Origin: Mytilus edulis
Taxonomy: Eukaryota
Assembly (NCBI RefSeq): GCF_963676685.1
Contig: NC_092347.1
Location: forward strand, 17,174,001 to 17,238,000
DNA: 64,000 nucleotides
Direction: 5' to 3'
In this document: positions 36,801 to 49,992 of the stretch, piece after piece
Layout: each line of letters opens with the position of its first letter
Numbering within the stretch: the first letter of the stretch is position 1
Position numbers and translations under genes: made by a program
The notes under the pieces: model-generated
The model's input: only the letters and a program-made list of their open reading frames with translations
Database searches by the model: none
What the model was told of the DNA's origin: nothing

Positions 36801-37810
36801 ATACACTATAACTTAAAATGACCCTCCCGAAAATAATATTCGACCAATCTTCAAAGTTGAAACACACATAATAATACCGTGATTAGAATCACAATTTAGA
36901 ATAAAGAAGAATGTGTCCAATTTCACAAATGCCCTACTCGCACTATCATTTTCTGTGTTCAGTGGACCGTGAAATTGGGGTTAAAACTCATATTTGGCAT
37001 TAAAATTAGAATAATAATAATACTTTATTCCAAAAGCAAGTACAGCTTATAGGATATACATTCATTTTTTGACAAATTAATTATACATGCACCATATTAA
37101 ATAAACAGACATATAATAATCAAATGTTAACTACATTGAGATACATTAAATTACTTGTATACAATACAATTTCAAGTATAACGCAGAGTATGAAATTCAT
37201 AAAATTAATAAAAGTTAGCAGCGTAGTTTCTCCGCTAATTTTAAGTATTTACCAAGATTGTTCAGAAAGAATATATCATAGGGAACATGTGTACTAATTT
37301 TCAAGTTGATTGGACTTCAACCTTATCAAAAACTACCTCGTTCAAAAACTTTAACCTGAAGCGGGACGGACGGACGCACAGACCAGAAAACATCTATTAT
37401 CGAAACAATACATGTTTTATATGGATAATAAAGTACTATAGAAAGACATTTGGAAACGAGAACATTACTAGTGTTCTGATTGTAGACATAACTATTTTCG
37501 CCTGGTGATCTTAATAAAATATGGTAAAAGGGATATTGCGGGTAGTGCATGAAAAAAAGGAGATTCTTTTAACTTAAAATTCAAAAGCATATTATTCTTG
37601 TTTTCCGATTTTATTTATTTATTAGATATTAATCATATAATTATTTTATTTCATTTAACTAGGTTCTTATTGTTTGCCGTAAATGCTTTGATATAGCCTA
37701 ACTAAATAACGCGAAAAGCAGGACTGGATTTTTCATTGACTCACCTTGAATTTGATGCTCTGAGGGTGTTCCCGGAGTGGACACCCCGTTTGGATTTTTT
37801 TTTGCACCAT
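33877..37810 (-). CDS. Ariadne-like RBR (RING1-IBR-RING2) E3 ubiquitin ligase, copy A; exon 1 37810-37745 (apparent +1 frameshift), exon 2 36499-33877
   Basis: RING1 CGIC..CGHWFCDEC..CPEHGC; IBR KWCPNPNC..CICGTHICFQCLQPPHWPVPC; RING2 CPEC..GGVCFYMSCPCGAYFCWGC; helical C-terminal region; cag acceptor at 36500-36502. Confidence 0.88.
36902..37395. mobile_element. HINE-like repeat in the RBR-A intron, interrupted at ~37012-37260; inverted family members at 53608-53882 and (fragment) 52382-52470
   Basis: cactatcattttct..gttca..ggaccgtgaaa and (ggac)n microsatellite are reverse-complementary to 53608-53882. Confidence 0.65.
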
Positions 37811-37874
37811 TGGCTGGTGGTTCAACGCTTTTTCTGTTCTATTCTGTTGTAAAGAAAAGTAGTTGGTAGTTATC

Positions 37875-37882
37875 TATTTATA
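37875..37882 (-). promoter_or_regulatory. TATA box of RBR copy A
   Basis: TATAAATA ~65 bp upstream of the ATG, conserved with its flanks in copy B. Confidence 0.6.
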
Positions 37883-38564
37883 CTGTCGTTGTATTTCAAG
37901 CTTGTGGTGCAATGTTTAAATTAGACTTTTGATAGGACAAAATTGTATGTAAATACCTCAAAATAGAACTGTGCGATAAATAGGTACGTACTCTGATATC
38001 TCCCTCGAATTTAAGTAAACATACGAAAACTTCTGATGATAGTTATATGATAACGCATATAACCATTCAGAACAGAATTTAAAAAAAAACTACGAAATAT
38101 TGATTTTTAAACGACTGTATCAATGTATTACATCTAGTTTCATAACGGGAAAATTGATCGTCCTATACTAGTTTATATATATACATCTTGAGAAGACAAC
38201 CAAAATTTACCTATTTATACCTATATATGTAAAAATCTGAGACAATTGATAAATAAAGCGATTAATAAAAATTACAGTAATAAAAGGGGGATGGAAAAAA
38301 AATGGCTCAACCCAAACAAATGTACCTGTGTCTGTCCCAAGTCATGAATCTCGCCAATAGATGTGGTAAATAATCTTCGAATGTTTTTCGTTATTTGAAG
38401 AGTTGGATGTAATTGTTGACGGTAGGCTTTTGATTGTTTTGTGCTAGTTTTATTTAAAAAAAAACGTAAACTCGTGTCAGTTTAGCTGATCATATTTTAA
38501 ACGCTTGACATATTGTATATATAATCAATGTAATGTGTGTATGTGTGTATGTGTGTATGTGAAT

Positions 38565-38870
38565 TTGTAATACTGGGGTTTTCATAAAATCACTGAAAGA
38601 ATGAGGGATTTTGTAAAAATAAATGAAAGAATCAGTGATTTTGAGCAATCGGTACCAGCAGTTTCATTGATTTTGTAAATTCACTGAAATTGTTATTATT
38701 TTATAAAATCACTGAAATTGTTATTTTATAAAATCACTGAAATTGTTATTATTTTATAAAATCACTGAAATTGTTAGTTATATTTTATAAAATCACTGAA
38801 ATTGTTTGTCATTTTATAAAATCACTGAAAACATGCTCCGGATCTGATTTTGTAAAATACCCAGTTACAA
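38565..38870. mobile_element. MITE with internal 25-31-bp tandem repeats
   Basis: Imperfect TIR actggggttttcataaaatc / gattttgtaaaatacccagt; internal ttttataaaatcactgaaattgtt repeated ~6 times. Confidence 0.7.
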
Positions 38871-40006
38871 GTTTCAACTTTAATTAGAAATTCGTTTTTC
38901 TTGATGAGAGTGGGCGTTAAACTACATATTTGGTTAATGGTCCTGGTAAACCTTTAGAAATCTATAGGCACTACATATGAATGATTACATGTCTATCAAT
39001 TCATAGATGTTAACCTGACCTCGGGAATTGAACTCTCTTAACACCAATTCCTTTACTTGCAGTTCTACGTTTTTGGGTAGGCATTTCACGCAAAGTTCCT
39101 TGTTAAGTTTGAAAACTTTTGATGAAACATTTGCACACTTTCTATGTTCCTTTTTTACCATTTTTAATACCACCATAACCTGTTGAAATATGATTTTTCT
39201 GACCTATGTTTCATTTTAAATAAGAAGGTGTGGTATAATTGCCAATGAGACAACTCTCAACTAGAGATCAAATTACATAGAAATTGACAAAAAAATTCTG
39301 CAAGTCATACATAATATTTGATATCTTCCGTTTTTTTCAAGATTATTTCACTTTACAATTTGAAGACTTTTATACCTACATTCAACAAATATGGAATAGC
39401 ATAATTGTACTAAACAATATCTGAGATATGACCACAGTATTAAAGTGAGACATTAAACAATCGTCAAGGTGGCATACTTTTGTCTGGTTGTTTATCTTTA
39501 TATGGACAGGCAGGTATACAATATAAAGATTTTGTTTATCTATCTAATGACTTTTTAATTATTATTATATTGTGGATGTAAGCGTCTTTGTATATGCTGC
39601 ATTTTTATAAAACAACTTTTTTTTTTTTTTTTTACAATTCTGTTTTTATGCCGCATTAATATGTGCATGTTATATGTGCCACTGACACTGTATTACATGG
39701 ACTAAACCAATGTAGAATTATAATGTTATTTCCTTTTAGAAGTTTGTTTTGTCTTATATATGTGGGTTTTTAAGCAATAAATTCCCCAATTACCTCATAT
39801 TTATCCGGGTTCCATATAAACATTTTACTTTTCACTCTGTTGTTTAAAGTAATATTTGTGAAAGTTTGCTGATATTTCTTTATAGAATGTCAATTATTTA
39901 GTAACAATTTCTCACCAAGTATCAACAAATTGAACAAATTAACCTCAAATTGTTTTGTATTACTGCGGTATTCCTTTTTCCAAAGGTATTATCTATTATA
40001 ATATAC

Positions 40007-41735
40007 AAACAGATGATCCGCAGGGCGCAGCTATATACGACCGCAGAGGATGAACCCTGAACAGTTGGGGCAAGTATGGAAACAACATTTAAGCTGGATT
40101 CAGCTTTAAATTTGGATTGTGATTAAATAGTCGACACAGCATAGGTTTCTGACACAGAATGAATGTGGTCTAATGAACTTAAAATATTTTTTTTTTGCCT
40201 TTGAGCAATTCACTATGCTGTTGAATATTAATCCTCTCAAAAAAATGTTTGAAGAAATTTTCTTTTTATTTATGAAATCTGAAATGAGAAAAATTTAACC
40301 CCCCCCCCCCCATTTTTTTCACATCCCCCTTTCCCTTTTTCCAATACTGATCTCAGTTCAAATTCATAATGGAGTTTGCAACAATAACTACTCATTTAAA
40401 TACATCATAAAATATTAAAATGTAAAATAAAGTGCTTGTTATCATTGAATGGTAAAGATTGTTTTAATTTATCAGTTGGTAGTAAATGTGAATATACATT
40501 GTATATTGTATAAAACAATGATTTAAGTTGATTCAACTACTATTCTGGACAAAGAAAGATAACTCCAATTGAAAATTTCTTGCTATTGCACAATATTGTG
40601 CAATTAGATATTTCTTGCTATTGCGCAATACTGTGCAACTGAAAATATTTGCTATAGCACAATACTGTGCAATTGAAGATTTCTTGCTATTGCGCAATAC
40701 TGTGCATTTGAAAATTTCTTGCTATTGCACAATACTGTGCAATTGAAGATTTCTTGCTATTGCTGAATACTGTGCAATTGAAAATTTCTTGCTATTGCAC
40801 AATACTTAATATAATAATTTTGGATCCTGATTTGAACCAACTTGAAAACTGGGCCCATAATCAAAAATCTAAATATATGTTTAGATTCAGCATATCAAAA
40901 AAGCCCAAGAATTCAATTTTTGTTAAAATCAAACTTAGTTTAATTTTGGACCCTTTGGACTTTAATGTAGACCAATTTGAAAACGGGACCAAAAATTAAG
41001 AATCTACATACACAGTTAGATTTGGCATATCAAAGAACCCCAATTATTCAATTTTTGATGAAATGAAACAAAGTTTAATTTTGGACCCCGATTTGGACCA
41101 ACTTGAAAACTGGGCCAAAAATAAAAAATCTAAGTACATTTTTAGATTCAGCATATCAAAAAACCCATAGGATTCCATTTTTGTTAAAAACAAACTAAGT
41201 TTAATTTTGGACCCTTTGGACCTTAATGTAGACCAATTTGAAAACTGGTCCAAAAATTAAGAATCTACATACACAGTTAGATTCGGCAAATCAAAGAACC
41301 CCAATTATTCAATTTTTAAAGAAATCAAACAAAGTTCAATTTTGGACCCTTTGGGCCCCTTATTCCTAAACTGTTGGGACCAAAACTCCTAAAATCAAAC
41401 CCCACCTTCCTTTTATGGTCATAAACCTTGTGTTTAAATTTCATAGATTTCTATTTACTTATACTAAAGTTATGGTGCGAAAACCAAGAATAATGCTTAT
41501 TTGGGCCCCTTTTTGGCCCCTAATTCCTAAACTGTTGGGACCAAAACTCCCAAAATTAATCCCCACCTTCCTTTTGTGGTCATTAACCTTGTGTCAAAAT
41601 TTCATAGATTTCAATTCAAAGTTAAAGTGCGAAAACTAAAAGTATTCGGACGACGACGACGACGCAAGACGACGACGACGCCAACGTGATAGCAATATAC
41701 GACGAAAAATTAAAATTTTTGCGGTCGTATAAAAA
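40007..41735. mobile_element. HINE-like element carrying satellite arrays
   Basis: Subterminal IR tatacgaccgca (40034) / tgcggtcgtata (~41720), terminal hairpin, (gac)n microsatellite, ~35-bp array at 40566-40805 and higher-order ~240-bp duplication at 40815-41350; ends in A/T runs. Confidence 0.75.
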
Positions 41736-43748
41736 GAATTAATACTTTTTTTAACAGATTCCCTAAAATAAATTAGGGGAATTTGTAAAAAAAAAAAAAT
41801 TAATTGTTTCATTGACTTTGTATAATCCCTAGTTAAAATCAGTTCAGTAATTATAGTATAAAGACCTCTGAATTTGAAGGGTCTTAACAAATGATCCCTG
41901 ATTTTACAAAATATATATTGTACAGGGGTAGATGGTCCAGGTTAAATTTTAATTCCCCAAAGTTTCTGTCTGTTACAAGGTTGTATTTGTTGAAGACATT
42001 TTCAGTTTTGTCACCACATGCTTGTCTCGTTTTATTTGATGCAAGAATGCCCAACTGTATTATTGAAAATTGTCATTTATTATAAGTATGTGTGTCGACG
42101 ATATCGATAGAACGACATCAATGTTTACAATCTAACTTAACTACTAGAAAAATTGATTAAAGAAAAAAACTGACCCCTACTATTAAATGGGGGTGTTATT
42201 TTCCATAATATTAAGTTACAAAAAGAAATGTCTTTATAAAATTCGTTGCAAATTTCAGTTCATAACGATGCTTTCGTTGTAAAGATGACGGCCTTCTGTC
42301 TTTACCACATAGTTCGTAAAATACAAAACTTCATGTACCAAATATGACGTTCAATACTTATATCTTTCGCCCCTCTTTTATACAACTTCCTGTACTAAGC
42401 CAAATGTATCCGTGCATCAGCCTACTAGTCTAGAGATGATTTCTTTTTTTCTAAAACTGACCATAGACATTTTCCCTGCTTATTTAGGGGGGTGTCTATT
42501 ATAAAGAACTAAAAGAAAGTTTCGTAACTTTTCCATTGAGATTAATGTGGTCTAACGTTGGTTAAATGCCATCGGTTACCCCTACATTGAGGGCTTATAT
42601 CTGTGTAGAAAATGCGTTTTAGTATACAGTATTCCTGTTTTAGGGATGTTGAGTTGATTAAAGAAGAAAATTAAAGGGGGTAAAAAATGCTCCTCCGTAT
42701 TTGTTGATTGCATATGTTAGGTTCTGTTGACATGTAATGAATTATGCCATCAGATTCGACATCTCGTCAGTTTTGTGCTTTGTGCACGTGTGCATTTTCT
42801 AACTATGTACACCATGTGAAAAGAGCTTTCAGAATTCGTTTGTTTCTATTTTTACCACTTCCCTCAAAGTTTGCGAATTGTGTACCTATCTGAAATTTGA
42901 CCAACAACATTTTTGAATACACAAATGATTAAAGATTAAGGAAGCTCAAACTTGAAAGGTAAATCGAGTTTAAATTACTTTTTTTTACTTTGTTTTAGTC
43001 AGAAGCTTTTATTCTTAGTATATTCATCGACTTTTATTACTTATGTGTTGCTCAGTCTTTTTTTCAATGTTGTGTTTTGTGTATAATGTTGTTTGTCTGT
43101 TTGTCTCTATCTTTTTAACCATAACGTTGTCAATTTATTCTATGAACTTGAACATATCTCTTTGGTATCTGTCGCCTCTCTTTTGCATACAAAGTGTCGG
43201 GCTTTTTAAAATATAAAATACTATACAGTATGGATTTTGCTCATTGTTAAAGACCTTATAGTGAGTGACCCATGCATGATTGCTGACTTTCACTGATTAG
43301 CCTCTGTCGACAGTGACCTTATTTAACACATCTCCTTATTTTTTAAGCGCGTGTTCATTCCCAGAGATCACGCTCTGGGTATTGGGTTAACTTTTCAGAA
43401 TGAGGTCTTTTCTTGGGTTTAGATAAAAAAAACATACATAAAAGGAAATATCAAAGATCACATTCTTGTTTGCAACCATTCACCCTTTCTAAGAAGAAAA
43501 TCAAAATATCCATAGAAGGGCAACTCATGAATAAACCAATGGAGTTATTCTCAACCATGCAAATTTGTAAAACAGAAAAATACGTATTCGTCTGATATTT
43601 CACTTATTATCAGCAGGCCTTGACGTCATTTCAAGTTTTTTTAAAGTTTGTTTAGTATAAAAAAAAAAAATAATAATTTTACATTTTTTAATTAGGATTT
43701 ACACTTTTGTATCACTTCTGTTTTGCATGTCTTTTCACAAATGCATGT

Positions 43749-46700
43749 TTATACTGTAAACTTTTTAGTGACTGAAACAATGTTTTTCGTGACATCTACT
43801 GATTTTTGTTGAATCTGTAATAAGGAAGAGAGAAGTGGTCGGCAGTCCTTCACGTCAGCGGAATCTGTTAAAATACTAAAAATCCTATCGGCTAAATAAC
43901 CAAGGATGTCAGCATTCCCTCGAAGATGTGAACATTTAATACCAGATTTTATGAGTTTGTCAATAAAAACGTAGCAATATTCTGCCATGTGATGAAGCTC
44001 AACGTAAACTGATACCATATTGTTCAGTAATTCCTTAATCTTCTCTTCCACATCTGAACAAACAGAAACATTATCTTCTGTGCCATCGAACATTGGAAAA
44101 TACAGTGGTCCTTTTCTTTTGGCAATGTTTTTACATTTAAATATGATCTGACGAGAGCCTGATCTTATTTGGCTTATTTTAAGTGGATGACGACCCTTGC
44201 GGTGGTTAACGGCTTTCTTGTAATCTCCACTTCTATTTCTATTTGATAGATTAGAATAACCATCCATTTCGGTAACCTGCAGAGTGCTAGTTCCTTTCGT
44301 GTCTCCGTGTTTGTACTGATTGCATTTTTCACTCGCTATATGGTTTGGATACGTGCCTAAACATCCCCAGCAGAAATTAGCTCCGCATGCACAGCTCATA
44401 TAGAAACAGCCACCCAGTTTCTCCACGAACCTTTTACATTTCGGACATGATTTCCCACGGACATTTACAAATGTTTCTGATATGGTGATGTCGTCACCAT
44501 TCATTTTCAACTTCTTCCAGTAGGCTGGCGCTTTATCGCATGGAACTGGCCAGTGTGGTGGTTGTAAGCATTGGAAGCAAATATGTGTTCCACATATACA
44601 CGCAACATCCTTCGCTTTTTCAGGATTAGTTACTGTGATAACCCTACAACAGTTTGGATTTGGGCACCATTTAGCATCAGAAGCCTGCAACTTAAGGTCA
44701 TGGTCTCGTCGTTTTAAACTAAGTACCTCGAATACGTTTATAAATGTCAATAGTACAGCTTCAGCGACTGTTTCCTTGCATCCATGTTCTGGACAAGTTA
44801 TGTTCACAGAACCCATATTCATACGCGATCTGCAATGGTCTATCCAACATTCATCACAAAACCAATGTCCACATGATGAAAGAGCTGTTCCAGGTTTTCC
44901 GCCTTCAGCTATAAAATCAAAGCAAATTCCACAATATTCTGAAGAAATGCAATCATAACCGAGTTCAACGACTGTTTCATTGTCACTCAAACTGTTGTTG
45001 AAAATGTCTTTAAATAGCGTTTTCCGAGTAACTAAAGACGCGTCTTTCTTAAACTTCTGACACTTGTTCAAATTCTCAAATTTCATGGACATACTTTCTA
45101 TAGGGGGAAGTTTTTCATTTTCTATAAATCCGTCGGTCGACATCATATCTAGGAATGTCACAGCTCTGTGTAAGACATCTTCTACGCAACCGTTGTAATA
45201 GTCAAACATTGTCAAAATTCTGAATTTTTCTGAGTTTGTTCCAATATTAAGACATACTCTAAATACGCCGTGTGTCTCTGTACTGTTGACATCGTATTCA
45301 TCATATGTAAATACAACACAGGAGGTCAGGTCCCAATTTTTTAAGATTTCTGCTTTCAAACATCCGGAGTTTTTCAATCGCATTTTCATTCTGTCGCTAA
45401 CATCGATTAAAAACTTTCGGGGTAAACAAGGACATTCAGCATAGCTTTTGCCATATCGTTCTTTCAACAATGAACTCTCTACTTCTCTTTTTGGAAGTAA
45501 GACAAAAACGGGCTCCATAGTTTTTCTATTCTCTATTAAAGCCAAACTTGTAGGCTCTTCGATTTGTGGTGTTTCGTCTGTCGTAATCTTTGGTTCATAC
45601 ACTTTTCTGTCTTTAGATTCGAAAATCTGCTTTGAATAATAGTTTATGTTGTTTCTTTGACACAAACTTTGCATTAAAGCAGCATGTATCATGATATCTT
45701 CTAATAATTCTGTGTTTGTAACGTCTTCTTTATTAGCGTTTTCGTACAGGTACGAAGCTGATTCATCGTCTAACTCCGTTTCCGTTTCGGATTCGTCGTT
45801 ATAAATATCTTCAAATGATTCGCAATATTCGTCATAGTATTGACCAACACTGAGTTTCTCCCTTTGTCTTCTGGCTTTTGTTGTTCGGCCACGCCCATTT
45901 TCAGGTTTATCAATATAATGCCCGACATATTTTGGATTGTGAACTACTGAACATGTTGATGGACTAGGGTAAACTACTTCAATTTGAAGGATAGGTTGTG
46001 TACCAGTTTTGTCGTCTATTCTGCTTTGAGCTACGACTGATTCGCCGTTGAAATAAGTTTTCTTTTTACTTTCTATTTTCTTATTATTTCCTTTTGAGGA
46101 ATAGTACCCAACAGTATGACTTTTCTTTGCGATGTCATGGGAGACAATTAACTTGACGTTTGATTTCAAGTTCTTGTAGCTTCCTGTCAAAATGGAATGT
46201 TTAAGCATTTCCGGAAGTTCCCATCTTCCCTTTTTATTAAGCGAATATAGCACATCATCTCTATCCATATTTAGATCATCTAAAATGGTATCTTTCATTG
46301 CTGTTGGACTCCATGACTTTCTTAGAAGACAAGATCTCCTACTGTATGTACGATTGAACCTACAATGAAATACCAATATTTTAATTCATTGAAATTTCAA
46401 GATTATTGCATTGAAGCGAGCATGAATTTCCTAAACGCTCCCTTTGAAGGCCAACGTGAACAATAATGTTTAAGTATAAATAGGATGTCATATGACGATT
46501 GCCCGGACTGAGTGACAATTTTAGAGTGAAGTTTATACTATCTAATTTTGTAACTTAAATACATTTTCGACCGTTATATTAATTCTTGCATTACTTATGA
46601 TCACTTATAACTGCATGTACCAAGAACGTTTTAAGCTCCTGTTTTTGGCCAAATGTATCCGTGCATATAATACTGATCAGCATACTAAAAGTGATTTCAT

Positions 46701-47855
46701 TTTTCTAAAAATTACCATTTCATAAGACATTTTTTTCTTACTAAGTTACATGTTTATAAGAGATTTAACTTCTATTTAATTTTCAGTGAGAAGTTCACGA
46801 TTGTTATTTTTTTGTGTAGTATGCATCGAATTATATTACTTTTTGTTGCTCAGTCTTTGGTTTTATTTAGACTTATTTAGCGCATCTATTTATTTTTCAT
46901 GTTGATTCCCAAATATTACGCTTATGTGATCTTTCAAATTTCAAAATCATTGCATTGAACCAGTCTGACTGCTATATACCCCCCCTTTTTTTTCGGGCGG
47001 GCGCTAAGTAGCTGAAATACATTTTCTACCATTATATTTATTCTAGCATTACATTTATAAAAAATTCGAACTCTTAATTCGAATTATAAACATCTTCATG
47101 TCAATAATACACCTGAAATTGTATCTATAGATAATGGTATAAGACAAGTTTTTCACTGGCGGATCCAGAATTTTTCATAAGAGGAGGCCCACTAACTGCC
47201 TAAGAGGGGACCCTAATGCTTCAGTGATTCCCTATATAAGCAATCAAATGTTTCTCACAAAAAGGGGGGGGGGGGGGGCTGAAAAAAACCTCTAAATCCG
47301 CCTTTGCTTTTAAATGGTTTGGACATTTTTTATTATGAGTTGACCAAATATAATCGAAAAGTAATATTTCTATCAATATTCAAAATAGCAGCATACAGTT
47401 GTGGGCAATGTAAAGGGGGAGTTGGTCTTTTTGAAAGTTGAAATCATATATTCACGAGCGCATCGATTATTTTTATCAACCGATTTTATAAATTATTTTT
47501 ACATATGATTATTTCATCTTATTCAATCTAACTTTTTTAATTTTGTCGTAAATTAATTTCATATAAACCCAATATGAAAATAACATGCAGTGGCGGAAAA
47601 GGGGTGTTCCCAACCCAGGAGAAAGTGGGTTTCCGACCATATGTCCCCATTCTCATGCATTGATCGTCCAAAAAATAAGGTTCCAATCCCTTGGACAAAC
47701 CTGGAACTGGGTTCCAACCCCTGGAACCTCGTCTAGAGCCGCCACTGTGATTTGGATGAGAAGTACTTTCATAATTTTTAATTGACCTACCTTGAATTGG
47801 ATGCTCTGAGGGTGTTCCCGGAGTGGACACCCCGTTTGGAAATTTTCTGCACCAT
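43749..47855 (-). CDS. Ariadne-like RBR E3 ubiquitin ligase, copy B; exon 1 47855-47791 (MVQKISKRGVHSGNTLRASNSR), exon 2 46359-43749; 891 aa
   Basis: Same domain order as copy A. The phase-2 donor AG|gtaggt joins the tag|G acceptor in frame. Confidence 0.9.
47588..47747. mobile_element. Short hAT-like MITE (CAGTGGCGG termini); related fragments at 427-570, 11292-11430, 47155-47305, 59505-59620
   Basis: cagtggcgg / ccgccactg termini; shared ccagga..aaagggg..ccaaccatatgtcc core among copies. Confidence 0.6.
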
Positions 47856-47920
47856 TGTCTTGTGGTTCGACACTTTTTTCTGATCTTATTTGTTGTTATG
47901 AGAAGTAGTTAGTAGTTATC

Positions 47921-47928
47921 TATTTATA
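47921..47928 (-). promoter_or_regulatory. TATA box of RBR copy B
   Basis: TATAAATA ~66 bp upstream of ATG 47855, within a ~250-bp block conserved between paralogues. Confidence 0.6.
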
Positions 47929-48610
47929 CTATCGTTGTATTTCAAGCTTGTGGTGCAATGTTTAATTCAGACTTTTGATAGGACAAAAATTATGCAAATA
48001 CCTTAAAATAGAACTGTGCTATAAATAGGTTCGTCGTCTTATCTTCTTCGAACTAATCTAAACATACGAGAAGTTCCGATGGGAGTAGTATGATATCGCT
48101 TAATACCATTCAAAAAAAATATAATGAACATGAAAGTACTTGTGAAAATTAAATAATAATTAAATATATATGCATTATCCAGCAATATTGGACTTTTCAT
48201 TTGAATATATATTTGTCTATACTGAAGACTTTTGACAATCGATATTTGTAGCTATACATGAAAGATCATAAAATCCTGAGAGGCTGAGACATGCCTATAA
48301 TGAAGTGATTAAAACAATTAAGAAAATATTAGCTTATTTATATTTGTCTGTTTACCTTTCCGTTATATCGTATCAAGCTTGACTGAAACAAAATTACGTT
48401 GTATTTACCTTTTCATTTACCTTTTTATTTAGTGACGGGGTGGGGGGGGGGGGGGGGGGGGGGGGGTTCAACATTGCTGCAAGTTTTGTTAATCCAAAAA
48501 AAAAAGTCAGTGAAAAAACTATGTGAATTAAGTTTTTTTTATCCTACATTGAACTTTTGATTTCGTCCCTTACTATCCATGCATTTTCTTTTTATCTACA
48601 GCTCTTTGAA

Positions 48611-49768
48611 ATGACTGACAAGTCAGCTTTAACCTTACTTGATTGTATGGATATAGCAGAAAATGTGGAAATCGTTGAAAGTAATAAAAACAACGAAGCG
48701 ATCAACATTATGGACGAAATATGCTCTGATGTGAACATTTCCATGAGAAATAGCGGGATTGCTGTAAAAGACGAGTCATCCATAAAAGGAATACCTAAAG
48801 AATATGAGAGAGTAAAACCAGATCCGCGAGCCATGCGAGTAAGTCATTAATGATGGGGACAGAAATTATTCAAAGATTTAAGTGTACTGGACGGGAATAT
48901 TGAATCGAACAGTTAATGCAACACCAGTAGATTGATTTATTGTTTGGTTTTTTTTTCTTTATGTCCAATGTCAAACATTTCATGCATCTCAAGGACGAAC
49001 GTCATTGGATATAGCTCAACAGATTATAAGTTTGACTTTTGAAATAGTTCTGAACAATTACTTTTTAATATTATTTCACTACTGTACATATCCTTTTAGT
49101 TTTCTGTGAATTTCGGAATTCGCAACTGACACGTAATTTTTATAAGATTGACTTCTCTCCAATGTCCTTTCTTTTTACTTCCTTATATTAAATGTATACA
49201 GGTGAGCCATCAGACTCTTATGATCCTCTTATTTATTTGTGAAGTTCGTCCAATTTTATCAGATTTTATCCATCTATTGGTTTAGTATCCTCCTAATTAT
49301 ATAAATAGTCATCGGTTGCCAATATCTTTTTAAAACACACAAGAAGCTCTGTTGCGAGTTGAATATCATAATAAAATATTTTTTTTAATTAACAGGAAAA
49401 ATGAATTTACATTCCATATGCAAATAAAAATAACCGGTACAGTGATAAATTGGTACCAGTTCGTTAAACTTGGCGAGTTGCTTACTGTTATTGTTATGCA
49501 GTAGATTAAAAAGAAGAAATTTAGCCCTAGCCGTATGGATAGTTACTTATTTTTAAAGGGTGAATTATCTAAGCAGGCCAGGTCATTTCTTCAAACTAAT
49601 TATATTTAACTCATATGAGATATTTTTATATTGTAGGTATTATTACGTCACTTATACGATACGACCGGTCAATTGTATGAAGATGTACCTCCAAGATTTA
49701 AAACATCACATATTGGACTGGCCCTGTATCTAAAACACTGCCTACAACACTCTTATATGTTAAAGTAA
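48611..49768 (+). CDS. Unknown two-exon protein (48611-48838, 49637-49768; 119 aa), possibly part of a longer gene
   Basis: Strong acceptor ttttctttttatctacag at 48601, donor gtaagt at 48839, acceptor ttgtag at 49636. The phase-0 join keeps the frame (..PDPRAMR|VLLRHLYDTTGQLYEDVPPRF..). No family recognised. Confidence 0.55.
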
Positions 49769-49992
49769 ACAATGACAACAAAGCCAAGAGTATATATAGA
49801 TTGTTCTACTTGTTTAACATTGTTCTACATTAATTATTCACAATATTAAAAAACTTTATTGTTCTTTTAGAAAAAAATATAATCTTGTTTACCTTTGCTA
49901 GTAATTTATAAAATATACAATAGACTATGTCATCTGCATAAAGTATGATACAGAATTCTAAAATAAAAAAAATAGCTCTCTCTAGTTCACTT

